Assembly (NCBI RefSeq): GCF_000497125.1
Contig: NC_090601.1
Location: forward strand, 744,001 to 808,000
Direction: 5' to 3'
Source: Spironucleus salmonicida
Taxonomy: Eukaryota
Length of the DNA stretch: 64,000 nt
Shown here: positions 11,997 to 23,452 of the stretch, in pieces
Layout of the letters: every line of letters starts with the position of its first letter
Position numbering within the stretch: the first letter of the stretch is position 1
Notes under the pieces: model-generated
The model's input: only the letters and a program-made list of their open reading frames with translations
What the model was told of the DNA's origin: nothing
Database searches by the model: none
Made by a program: the position numbers and the translations under genes

Positions 11997-12146
11997 ATGG
12001 ACAGCATCCAGCTCGCCCATGACCTAACCGTCAACGCAATCCTCCAGTAAACCAGGTTTATCCCTGAAGTATACAGTAATTTGAAGGCCTACCACTAGCG
12101 CCAGAGCCCCAGGGGCTACCTTTGCGTTGCTGACTACCTGGAGTGA
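11997..12146 (+). CDS. 49-aa microprotein, copy 1
   Basis: MDSIQLAHDLTVNAILQQTRFIPEVYSNLKAYHQRQSPRGYLCVADYLE*; colinear paralog at 43061-43210. Confidence 0.65.
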
Positions 12147-12264
12147 GAGTAAAAGTAGAGCGTCCGAGCGAAGTAGAGTTTGAAATAAAATTTATTATGC
12201 TTTATAAGACATTTTTGGCTTTCTTTGACAGTTAAGGGCTCTTGCATCTACAGTTTTACGCCAT

Positions 12265-12410
12265 GGTTGGTGGAACTAATCAAAACACTAGCTTCTGCAA
12301 CTTACTTACTACTGTAAGGCGTATAAATAGCTTTTAACACCAATTTGATAGCTTTTAGCGCTACTAACTCTAACCAGGTCAAAATAAGTTTTCCTGAACT
12401 GAAAATAACC
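12265..12410. repeat. diverged dispersed repeat also present in the 3.2 kb cassette spacer
   Basis: GGAACTAATCAAAACACTAGCTTCTGCAACTTACTTACT...CCAGGTCAAAATAAGTTTTCC matches ~21950-22090, ~46750-46890 (minus) and ~61705-61845. Confidence 0.75.
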
Positions 12411-13794
12411 ATATTTGCCAGAATTACTGGATAGTAGAATTTCAGTTCTCTATGCTAAACTGCAATCTACGTCTCATTATATCTACTAACTCATCTCACA
12501 CACTCCTGGGCACATGAAGCTCTTACATATACGATTCATTCAAATTGGTTCATTTTAACCCGAAAAAATATGTTGATTATTGTTATACGAAGGATAGCAC
12601 AATCTTTCCATTAGCTCTATAGCCAATCACGGTTGTAGCAATGTTACTCATTCGATAATCTAAAATCCTGCGTAAGAACATCGATATAAGAATACCTGCT
12701 TTTATGGTAGTCGCAGGGACCGATTGGCTGTTGAAAAAGAGTCATTTTCATTTTAATTAATATACATATATTACTATATAATTTAATCCAGCTTAGTCAG
12801 CAAGTTATCAAAATTGAGATGGAAGGTAAAAATTAATTATTGCAACAACAATTTGCAGTGTCTGTCATATAATAAATTGTGCCCCTTAAGACGACAAAAC
12901 ACGGAATGGGTGCATGTGAGAGACTAACACCAGCTTGCTGACATTAAATTATATTGAAGGAGAGAAATAAGATAAACATTAACTGTGTAATTAATTTAGC
13001 ACATATAATAGTAATATTTAATTTCTGGAGAAGACTATTGGCTAAGTCGTACCAACAATTATTCCCTGACGTGGGGCTGATACGAAATTATGAATGGACT
13101 TAGTTTAGGTAATTTTGGCAGATAATATTGAAAAAAATATCGGCGTGATGTAATATTAGTTTTGTGTCAGCTGTTTGCTGAAATATATGAATACAGTTAG
13201 TTTGTAGGAATCAATGTAAAGGGTGATGAGTAGTTTATGCATGCCAATTTAACTAATATAGTGATAATATGATACTGTACAAGGAATTAATTAAATAAAT
13301 ATGAAAAAGCAACTAAGTTATAGTTACAGTAGTTTCTGTCCGCAAAATATGAATCTACTATATTGTAGCTATCTGGTAATTAAAGAGTATACGTATAAAC
13401 TTCACAAGGTTTAATTATCTGAGGCACAACTTTTACTAAATATCTCAATTTCTTTAAATTAATTAGTAATATTTTCATCTCAATTGTTTTCACTTAATGT
13501 TGATAAACTGACTTCTTCTTACGATTATTATATTTTATCTATTATTGTGATCCGAAAGTAATTTGTTATTATGAGATATGCACTTAAATTATGCAAATAT
13601 TGTTTTTATTTGTTTTATATATAATTTATTAATGGTATTAGTTATATTAATATAGTTTTTCTGTTCAAGTAAGAATACGTAATCTATAGCAGTTAGTATT
13701 ATATTATTTTTTATTTTTTTGCATTTATCTTCAGCAATATAATCAACTAATAGAAAGTATTTTTTTAAACTGTATCTTTATTAAAACTCCAATA

Positions 13795-14766
13795 ATGGCT
13801 GAAAAGTGCGATAACGCTGAAAAAGTTTGCCCATCTATGAAGGCATGTCCCGCTGCGGCCACTGCTGAGAATCCACTAGACTGCGAAGCCTGTACATCTG
13901 GTGCTTAAAATTGTATTGCATGCGTTACGGGTTCACTAGATATCTGCAGCGCATGCGCTCCTAACTTTTTCTTGGATCCAGATACATCTTGCAAGGCATG
14001 CTCCGCCAACTGCACCACCTGCTCCGCCGCAGATAATTGCACTACCTGCGTAGAAGGGTTCGAAGTCTAGGGCGACGCCTGCGTTGCCAAGGGTGGTATC
14101 TAAAACGCGTGCGATGCCACAAAGCAATGTGCTGACGCCAAGTTCTGCGAGATTAAGTCTACTGGAAATGTCTGCACGGATTGCTCTAGTTCTTGCGGCA
14201 ACTGCAGCAGCGCGATCAAGTGCACCACCTGCAAGGGGACCCACGAGATGAACACCGATCAGACCTGCACCACAGCTTGTACGGACTTACCTGTAAATAA
14301 GACCTGTATAAGCTCTGCTGCCGCTGACTGTGGAACTGATAAATAGCAGACCGCATGCAATTGCGGTGTTACCGCCAAGAACTGCCTCGCATGCCCCGTC
14401 GTTCCCGTACCCGCCCCAGGAACCTGCGACGACCCCCTGTGCACCTGTGCTGATGGAGCTAAGGGAGTATGCACTGGATGCATTGACGTCGCCAACTACG
14501 ACTTTGACGATGCCAAGTGCAAGCCCAAGGCCCCCACCGCCTGCGGCACCTGCCTGCCCGGCTACGTCCTCAAAGAGAATAAGTGCGAGGAGTGCGCCTC
14601 CGGCTATTCCAAGGTAGGCTAATTCTGCTTTAATGACGTAGACCCATCCTCATCCAACAAGCTCTCCGGGGGCGCCGTGGCGGGGATCGTGATCGCGGTC
14701 CTGGTGGTCGTCGGCGCAGTGGGCGGCGGTCTGGCTTACTACTTCGTCAAGAAAGGTAAGAAGTGA
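13795..14766 (+). CDS. cysteine-rich membrane protein (CRMP1/VSP-like), type a (323 aa)
   Basis: [13 protein letters not shown]..., many [33 protein letters not shown], tail VKKGKK*. Confidence 0.92.
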
Positions 14767-15090
14767 GGGTATTCATATACGCCAGTGCGGAGCGTTCCGC
14801 GGGCAGCTTCAGAGCATGCATGGGCGCACACCAGCCCAGCGGGGGGCAGGGCGGCTCCCGTCTGGTAACCTGGCGGGTGAGTATATTAGCCAATATACGT
14901 ACTTTCAAAACCACTCCAAAAACGGTTTCAACAATTTGAGTGATTCGTGACAGGATAATTAGGTACGCTATCGTGATTGTATTACTATAATAATACTCTG
15001 CAAACCACAACATTATGTTCGAATCTTTATACTTGCACTCTGCGTTGTGGTGTATATCAGTATCCGCGCATGTCCTAGGCGTGAAGTCGA

Positions 15091-15108
15091 ATTCCCACTC
15101 CACCCAAA
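15091..15108 (+). promoter_or_regulatory. C-rich motif plus A-run immediately before ATG
   Basis: TTCCCACTCCACCCAAAATG; similar CCAC/CCACT elements precede ATGs at 1472, 3361, 10462, 16575, 40321, 54975 and 56431. Confidence 0.55.
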
Positions 15109-16239
15109 ATGCCAGAGACGTGCAAAACTGGTGCAGATTGCCCAGACGGCTTTGTTTGTCCAGGAGAACTAACTTCTATGTCATAGGACTGCGCCAAGTG
15201 TACGGTAGCCGGTTGTAAGACCTGCACTGCCGCCGCTATTGGCACCTGCACGGCCTGCTTACCTAGGTTCATTTTAGATGGTAGCGCATGCAGCGCCTGT
15301 TCCGCGGGGTGCGGCACTTGCACTTCTGGTACTGTTTGCACAAACTGTGACGACGGTTTCATGTTGAAGGATAGTGCGTGTACCGCATGCTCCCCCGGGT
15401 GCAAGACCTGCACCGCAGCGGAAACCTGCACCGCGTGCAATGATGGTTTCATAATGGACTCTAGCGCCTGCAAAGCGTGCTCAGCTAACTGCAAAACATG
15501 TAATAATGATGGTTCTACCTGCACAGCCTGTAACGATAACTTTTTTATCAAGGGTGGTAAATGCGATAAGGACGAGTGTGATTCTGCGACTCCCTGCACG
15601 GCTGGAAAGTTCTGCAGTATTTTGGCTTCAGGTAATATATGCACTGATTGTGAATCTAAATGCGAATCCTGCACCAGTGCGACCAAATGCTCCACCTGCA
15701 AGGCTAGCAATGAGATGAACACCGATCAGACCTGCACCGGTACTTGTGCTGGATTGAAGGTCAACGAAGCATGCATAAGCTCTACCGCTTCTACCTGTGG
15801 ATCTGCTGGATAGCAGACCGCCTGCAGCTGCGGTACTACCGCCAAGAACTGCTTGACTTGCCCGATTCCCCCGGTTCCTACTCCGGATGCCAACAACTGC
15901 GACGATAAGCTTTGCACTTGTGATACAGGATCGACCGGGACTTGTAAAGCATGCGTTGACACCACCAACTACGCTTTTGACACCGACAAGTGCGTTGCCA
16001 AGGCCCCCACCACCTGCGGCACCTGCCTGCCCGGGTACGTCCTCAAAGAGAATAAATGCGATGAATGCGCCTCCGGCTATTCTAAGGTAGGCGAATTCTG
16101 CTTTAATGACGTAGACCCATCCTCCGCCAACAAGCTCTCCGGGGGCGCCGTGGCGGGCATCGTGATCGCGGTCCTAGTGGTCGTCGGCGCAGTGGGCGGC
16201 GGTCTGGCTTACTACTTCATCAAGCGGGCGCGGAAGTGA
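15109..16239 (+). CDS. cysteine-rich membrane protein, type b (376 aa)
   Basis: [12 protein letters not shown]..., CXXC repeats, same TM, tail IKRARK*; track ORFs 15361 and 15853 share the frame. Confidence 0.92.
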
Positions 16240-16574
16240 GGGTATTCTAACATCATATACTTAGCCGATACAATACAGCAAGGGTTTCTAAAAATTGCAT
16301 ATTATATTATTATGACATTAAAGCAGATTCAGCTTTCCGTTTTATTTTAGATATATGGTAATATGAAATTATGTCACCAGAATATCCAATATCCTAAAAT
16401 ATCCTTCCAAAGCAGTTTTTGGAGATATTACTATTTTTAGTTAGTATAGTAATATACACCTAATAGTCTAACCATAAATTGCAAAATTTTCGTATTTACT
16501 TTATATACCTATGTAAAAATATGATTCTGAGTAGGAGTTACATATAAAAAATAACATTTTCATACCACCCCAAA

Positions 16575-17624
16575 ATGACAGAAACCTGCACTTCTGAATC
16601 TCCTTGTCCTACCGGTTTTGTTTGTCCAGATGGTGCTACTGAGGAGACATAAGATTGCTTAAAATGCACTGTGACAGGTTGCTAGACCTGTACTAAGGAC
16701 GCTCTAGCTACCTGCACAGCCTGCCAACCAGAGTTATTCCTGGACACCGATAAGTGCACGGCCTGCTCCCCCGGGTGCAATACCTGCTCCACAGCGGAAG
16801 CCTGTACCGCGTGCAATGACGGTTTCGTACTTGATGAAAGTTCCTGCAAAGAATGTCCGGCGAACTGCAAAACATGTGATGCTGATGGTTCTACCTGCAC
16901 AGTATGTAACGAAGACTTCATCTTCAAGGGCAGTTAATGTGATAAGGACGAATGCGACGCCGATATTCCATGTAAGGCTGGAAAATTCTGCAATATTTTG
17001 TAAGCAGGGAACAGATGCGCAGATTGCGAAACGAACTGTAAATCCTGCACCAGTGCCGATAGATGCACGGCTTGCAATCATGATTATGAGCTGAACACCG
17101 ATTATACCTGCTCTGCCGAATGTAATGTTTTAAATGTGAACGAAGCATGCGTTAGTACAGCAAATGTTCCATGTGGAGGTACATAATAGCAGACTGCCTG
17201 CAATTGTGGAACTGCCAATAACTGCTTCACCTGCCCTGTCGTATAGCCCCCGAAGCCTGACCCCAACAACTGCGCTAACAAGTTCTGCAGCTGCGAATCA
17301 GGATCCCCTGACGCCTGCACAGGCTGCATAGATGATGTAAACTTCACATTTGCTAACAGTAAATGCACCACCAAGGCCCCCAAAACCTGCGGCACCTGCC
17401 TGCCAGGCTATGTACTTAAGAAAGGCAAATGCGATGACTGCGAAAGTAACTATACCAAGATAGGAGAGTTCTGTTTCAAGTCATCCGAGGAGGCAGCTCT
17501 TGGTGGTATTTCTGGCGGGGAGATCACGGCCATCACTATCGCAGCCTTGGTGGTCGTCTGCGGTGTGGGCAATTGTATTCTATTGTACTTCCTCAAGAAG
17601 GCTAGGAAGCAATAATTGAAGTGA
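16575..17624 (+). CDS. cysteine-rich membrane protein, type c, divergent TM and tail (349 aa)
   Basis: MTETCTSESPCP..., CXXC repeats, TM ISGGEITAITIAALVVVCGVGNCILLYFL, tail KKARKQQLK*. Confidence 0.9.
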
Positions 17625-18030
17625 TTTAGTAGTTTTGGGAAACCTCAGATAAGCTAGAGTCCGTTAGCTCTAACGGGTTGCTCAATTTTGTGTGGAGCCA
17701 ACTAACAATAGTAGCTTACTAGTAGGCGCCATCAATATTTATATTTTGCTAATATAAGCTAATTGAACCTAATCTCAACACTAATCCGCTGGCTCAGAAT
17801 ATAGAAATGCTATTTCTTGTATACGTACTATTATATATTTGATATTTTTGGTTTAGTAATTGTATACTACTTTTCTATTATTAATTATTATACCCTTCAA
17901 CATAAACTTTTATTCCAAATTATTATTCATTACCTACTAATCAATATACACTAAAACCCATTATAACATTTTCCACCAGACTAGGCTCACCCTCTTAATC
18001 TACACGAGTAGGGCCACTTTACAGAATCAA

Positions 18031-18246
18031 GTGCTCCCCCTTTTGCAGTTCACCTGCTTCGACTCCCCGTCCGCCACTTTCACGGCTACCTTCTCAAGGA
18101 CGCCAAGTGCGAGGACTGCGCCCCTGGGTACTCCAAGGTCGGGTCCTTCTGCCTCCTACCTGCCCAGGAGTCTTCATCCAACAAGCTAGCCGGGGGCATC
18201 GTGATCGCGGTCCTGGCGGTGGCTGGCGCAGTGGGCGCGGAAGTGA
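18031..18246 (+). pseudogene. chimeric fragment: 5' end of the 18624-family gene fused to a deleted CRMP 3' end
   Basis: GTGCTCCCCCTTTTGCAGTTCACCTGCTTCG matches the 18624 start (ATG changed to GTG), then CTCAAGGACGCCAAGTGCGAGGACTGC...GCGCGGAAGTGA from a CRMP. Confidence 0.8.
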
Positions 18247-18623
18247 CCTAGTATTAGAATGAATGTTTGCACTTTTACAAATTTCCTCAATAAAACTTAA
18301 ATCTCTTTAACCATCCCTAATATATACTATAAGTGACTTTATAATTTTTACTCAAAATATCGCTAACCTAAATTGATTATTGCGAGAAAAATGCCTTGTT
18401 CTATCAATAATAGTTGTTGTTACTCCATTAGAATCATTTTCTAGGGAAACAGTAAAATTTAGTTTCGCTATGATAGCCTTTTATTTTACGATAATAAGTA
18501 TATTTAATATACGATTTTTACTATCTGGATTCTATTATTTTACCCCTAAAAATACATTTTCGCAAGTATTAATATAGGCAAGCCTATAAATTTTATTGGT
18601 TCTTCATTAGTACGCAAGACTCA

Positions 18624-20259
18624 ATGCTCCACCTTTTGCAGTTCACCTGCTTCGCCTCGGCTTCCACCGCTTTCACGGCGCAGCCACTGGCGCTACAGTC
18701 CGACATCTGCCGCTACCTGGAACGCCGGTTCTCGTCTCCAACCCTCACGTTGGGGCGAACGGTGTTTGTCGCCAGCAGCATCGCCTTCTCGGCCACGAGC
18801 CCGCTGGTGCTCCGCCTCGAGTGCCCACCGCCCTCTGCACTGCCGCTGGGCGCAGACAGCTGCCGCGCGTGCTAGCAAGGTCGGCAGCGGTCGTGCCAGG
18901 AGGCGGCCCTGGCCTCCATAGCGAGCATCCAGTTCGACTTCCACGCCGAGCAGGTCCAGATGGCGTTCTCGCCCGGCATCTACCTGGTGCAGTCTCTTGA
19001 CGCGCGGAGCTGCCTGCTCGGCTACACTATTCGCTACTTCCCCGAGAAGATAGTCTTCACCGGGGCCCGTTCCTCTGCCTGCTGCAGCTTTCCGACGCCG
19101 TGAGGGCGCTGATGGCGCGCAGGAAGTGCAAGCCCCCGATATGGAGCGTGCCCCAGGACTGCCCGTGGGTGCAGCTCGTCGTGAACGGGGAGGTGCTCAA
19201 CGTGGCGCCGTACTACGAGGCCGACCTGCTGGGCCTCACGGTGGTCGAGGTGGACTGCGCGAACGTGCTGCCTGCGTTTCAGCCTAAGTGCGAGGAAGTA
19301 CTGGGAGTGGCGAACAGCAATCTGGAGAGCACGGTCCACTTCCAGCTCGCGGTTGCGGTGGAGAGGAATATCGGAAAGACCGCCGCAGTCGACATGCAGG
19401 TCGCCTCTGCCACCTACCTCACCGGGGAAGCGCTGATAGAAGAGTTAGAAGGTGACGCCGACTGCTACTCGGTCATCTCACTGAGCGCCGTCCAGGGCCA
19501 CGTGAACGTCACCTTCGCCGCCAACGCGGGTACGGTGAACTGCCAGCAACACGTCTACGACCGCGCTCTGCTGCAGATCCAGGGCGTCACGACGCAGTTT
19601 TACAAATTGGTAAGCGAGGTGCCCAGCCTGCCCGAGTGGAACGGGAGCGTAATACTGAATACTGCGAATGCGGATAACGCCACCGAGTTCGGCAGACACC
19701 TCACCATCGCGCTGGACGGCAGGCGGAGCGCCTAGTACCTCTATATCTAGTATATCCAAAACGACATAGTGACCCTGGAAGAGTACTCCAAGATAAGCGA
19801 CACAGGGGCTGTACCGCAGCCCAACCCTAATTTTGTTCGACCGTTCCACTTGCATAGCGGCCCAGCCGATCCCCTGTGTGGACCGAAACCAGACCATCTT
19901 TGAGACAATGATCCGCGGTGTCCCCTACTACTTCGTGTGGTAGCAGCGGCCTTCAGATGTAGGCGAGCAGTACTGCTACGAGATAACTAATGTAAAATTC
20001 AACGAACTAGCTGCACGAGAAACCGGCGGTGTTGCATGTGACCATTGACCATAAGTTCCTGGCAGACAACCTAGTTCTAAGCGCCCAGCTTCCACAAATC
20101 TACTGGGAGCAGATCCTGGTTGTGCTTATCGGTGCGACATGGTTTAGTTTTAAAATCGCTGTACTCGGGTATGCGATAGCGGAAGGTCTTGCAGGTAAAA
20201 ATATAGATGATGAAGGCGCAGCTGATGTTAAATGGGTGATAATATTTGATTTTCTGTGA
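18624..20259 (+). pseudogene. GC-rich frameshifted paralog of the type I membrane protein at 26112-27746
   Basis: Colinear with the intact paralog (ICRYL/ICQYL, PQDCPWVQL, FQLAVAVERNIGK, YCY, IYW); needs frame changes near 19065, 19805 and 20028. Confidence 0.8.
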
Positions 20260-23200
20260 CCTTCAGAGTCTTTAGTGAGGAGGAAGGATGTTTGATACCA
20301 GATATCAGGAATAAATGGAATGGGTATCATTGATGGAAAGCAGTAAGTGTGATAAAATAGCTCAGAATCAGAGTACCAGAAGGGGGAAACGATAGCTGCA
20401 AATATATGATATTGGAGAAAATATTAGGTTGATCATGATGTGAGGGTGAAAGTTATGGTTGGGAACAATTTACTAGAAAGGCTAATAAACTTGATCTAGC
20501 AGAAATTATGGTAGGCCTGATGCTTGAGAGCCAGCTATTTAGGCTGTAGAGATTGCTCAAATAGGGTATAAATAGTAAATTATAGGCTAAATGGAATGGC
20601 TAGTTATGCGATTTGCTTGAGTTTGCATTAGGTAATTAAATAATAGTTCGAGGAGTATACTAATGCATATTTACGGATAAAAATATCGCTTTAACGCAAA
20701 ATTGCAAGCAAATAATCTTAGTAGACAAATTGAGCCAAAATTTCCAATATAGAATCTAGACTCATGCTGCACTAGCGCGCAACACGATTGTACTCAGGAA
20801 CAATAACAGCCACAAGTTCTTCATCCATCCAATTGCAAATATGACAATATTCAGTTCATTGGTCGAAAAGTGAGCTGGAACACATAGCACCTTACCCAGA
20901 AACCTTATATGCCTAATAGCTAGAAGAAAACTGTAAAATAGCTAGCAGAGGTTTCATTTTTACGAATGAAGTGGAAAATTTATTACTTATGGTACAATAT
21001 ACTCTAGAGCATCAATTCGGCAGCGCGCGAGTCATATCCAGATGGTATCGAAATCAAGCCATTTAGACGCACGTTCCATAATTATAATATGCAATATTGA
21101 TCGTAATATGGGCATTCTTAGTATTTCCCAAATCTACTAAACGCCTTGCCAGCCCACGGCGTCCTCTTTTCCACCCTCCGGACGCGTAACACCCGGCGAG
21201 TCGCAGCTGTGTCCAATATACCCAAATCGCAATTATGACCCTCCAACCACCCTGCATCACCCAGTTACACCAGACCGTCCAAAATCCTCCCGTCGCTCCC
21301 CTGCACACCCAAAACCAGAAACCGCAAAAACTCCAGAAAATGCTGTCTAGTTCATTCCGTTCCGCGCTCCGAGCACCTGCTAAGAGAACGTCGCTGAATC
21401 GCTTCCATGGGCGGCATTTGCATGATCGCTCTTCGTGGTGACCAGATACGATAACCTCTAATAAACTAACCAGCAGCGTCTGCAGCTGAAGCTTGTAATG
21501 ACTATTTAGAGTGGCGGAGATTGTAATTAATAGATACGATAGTTTATGTGGAAGGGAAAAGATGCCGAGTTGGAAGTGCACAAACTGCTCAAATTGACGT
21601 AAATCGTGCATTGCACCCGCCAATGCGCCGCATTAGCAAAGAAATTCTAGAATTCATTCTCGGTTTGATGCTAAAAAGTGTCTGTGCAGGTCGAATTCAG
21701 AGGGAAATGCTGGCTGCACTTTCGTGGACCTAGCCCTAAATTTACAGTTTTCTTGCTTTCAGGTTAATTGGAGCGGAGTTGGTTTTGTGAGATAAGAAGA
21801 GGGCAGGAGAGCGCGGTACGGATTCTGGGAATTTCGAGGTCCTATGTGCGCTTTGGAGCGGAGTTCGAGATAAAATTTAATATGCTTTATCAGACAGTTC
21901 TGGAATTGCTGGGTTGATAATATTACTTGTATCTGAAGTTCTGCCCGTTGGGGGAACTAATAAAACACTACCTTCTGGAACTTACTTACTGCTGTAAGGC
22001 ATATAAATAACATGATGGCGCCAATTTAATAGCTTTCAGCACTACCAATCCACCAGGTTAAAATAAGCTTTCCTCAGTTAAAAATAATCCTAATGCTCCA
22101 TTTGGTAGTAACTTGAATTTTATCACGTGCGTAAAAGTGCACATATGTAAGTATCTTCCCTCAGTAGCGCATCTCTCATGCCTGCAACGCTTAGCCCATC
22201 GTGGATACGCTTCGAGCAAATCGGTAGCTTTTAGTCAGAAAAATAAATCTACCCATTTTTGGATGAGATACAGGATATGCCTTACATTCCTTCTACACCT
22301 ATTTAGTGTATCAAAACTGCACTTCCCAAACTATCACGGTACGCTGAACCTTGAACGGAGGGTGCTTATCTAGGGCAGTACCAGGAGCCGGTTGGAGGGT
22401 TTAAATAATGTTTGACGTGAGATTAGAAAATTAGCATAGTAGTACACAGCCTATCGCATGCAGCTAATCAGCCAATTTGGTAAAATTGCAGTGGGGAGCC
22501 ACATAAATTTTAAAGCAGCAGTCGCAGCCTGCACGCCTGGAATTTAAGTTATGTGAAAACATAATATAATGACTTTGATTGCTATGCTATCAAATTATTG
22601 TAGCTGCTGGGCGTCAGAAGGCATGGCAGCAGAGAATGGAAAAATAAGAAATCCAAGAAAATGTTTATATAGTATATAATACAAGTATACTTTATCTCGC
22701 AGAATGACTGCTGGCTAACTGGGAGCCGAAGTGGTTCTGCGGCCTTGGCGATGCTGCAGTGGTGCTGAGTTGATTATGAGGTTAGTGGAAATGAAGCTGC
22801 AGATGGTTCGGGAAAATGTGCTCCGCTGCGAACACGGCTTTGGCCACCCGTGCGACCAAGTAGGGAGGCGCTGGTAGGGTGGTGCTGTAGATGGGAAAGG
22901 AAGCACAGTGGGGTAAACTGACCTGCTGATTAGTTTCGAGGCGCTGCAATATTTTAGATGCACCGATTCAGCGATCGTCTATGTAGCGATAGCTGGTGGG
23001 CTGGCTAGTTTCTAAGCCTTTAACTGAACTTGAAATGTTTAACTATATGTGCTCCTTGTGGCTAGTGGGCCAAGTATACTCAATTTACGTACCTGAATTC
23101 CAACTCCTACTACCCTCCCCATTTTCCCAATGTTGTTGCACGCCTTATCCGCGAACTTGTTTCCACCTAATATGTGCAAATTAGTGTGTATTTCTGCATA

Positions 23201-23452
23201 ATACCTGTTTTTGGTATTGTGATGTGAAAGTAATTTGGTATTATATATTATACTCACAACTTATGCAAATTATATTACATTTTATATATCATTAATTAAT
23301 GCTATTAGTTATATTAATATAGTTTTTCTGAAGTAATAAAACGGGCAATAAGGTAATAATATTAACTTTTATTTTTTGCAATTATCTTCAGGTATATAAT
23401 TAACTAATATAGGGAATTTTTTTGAAACTGCATCTTTATTAAAACACCAAGA

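Noticed and set aside
16381-16404. Three AATATCC copies in the b-c spacer
   Set aside because: Short and AT-rich; conservation is explained by the cassette duplication.
21063-21623. 186-aa ORF conserved in three copies
   Set aside because: Non-ATG start; conservation merely reflects near-identical DNA repeats.
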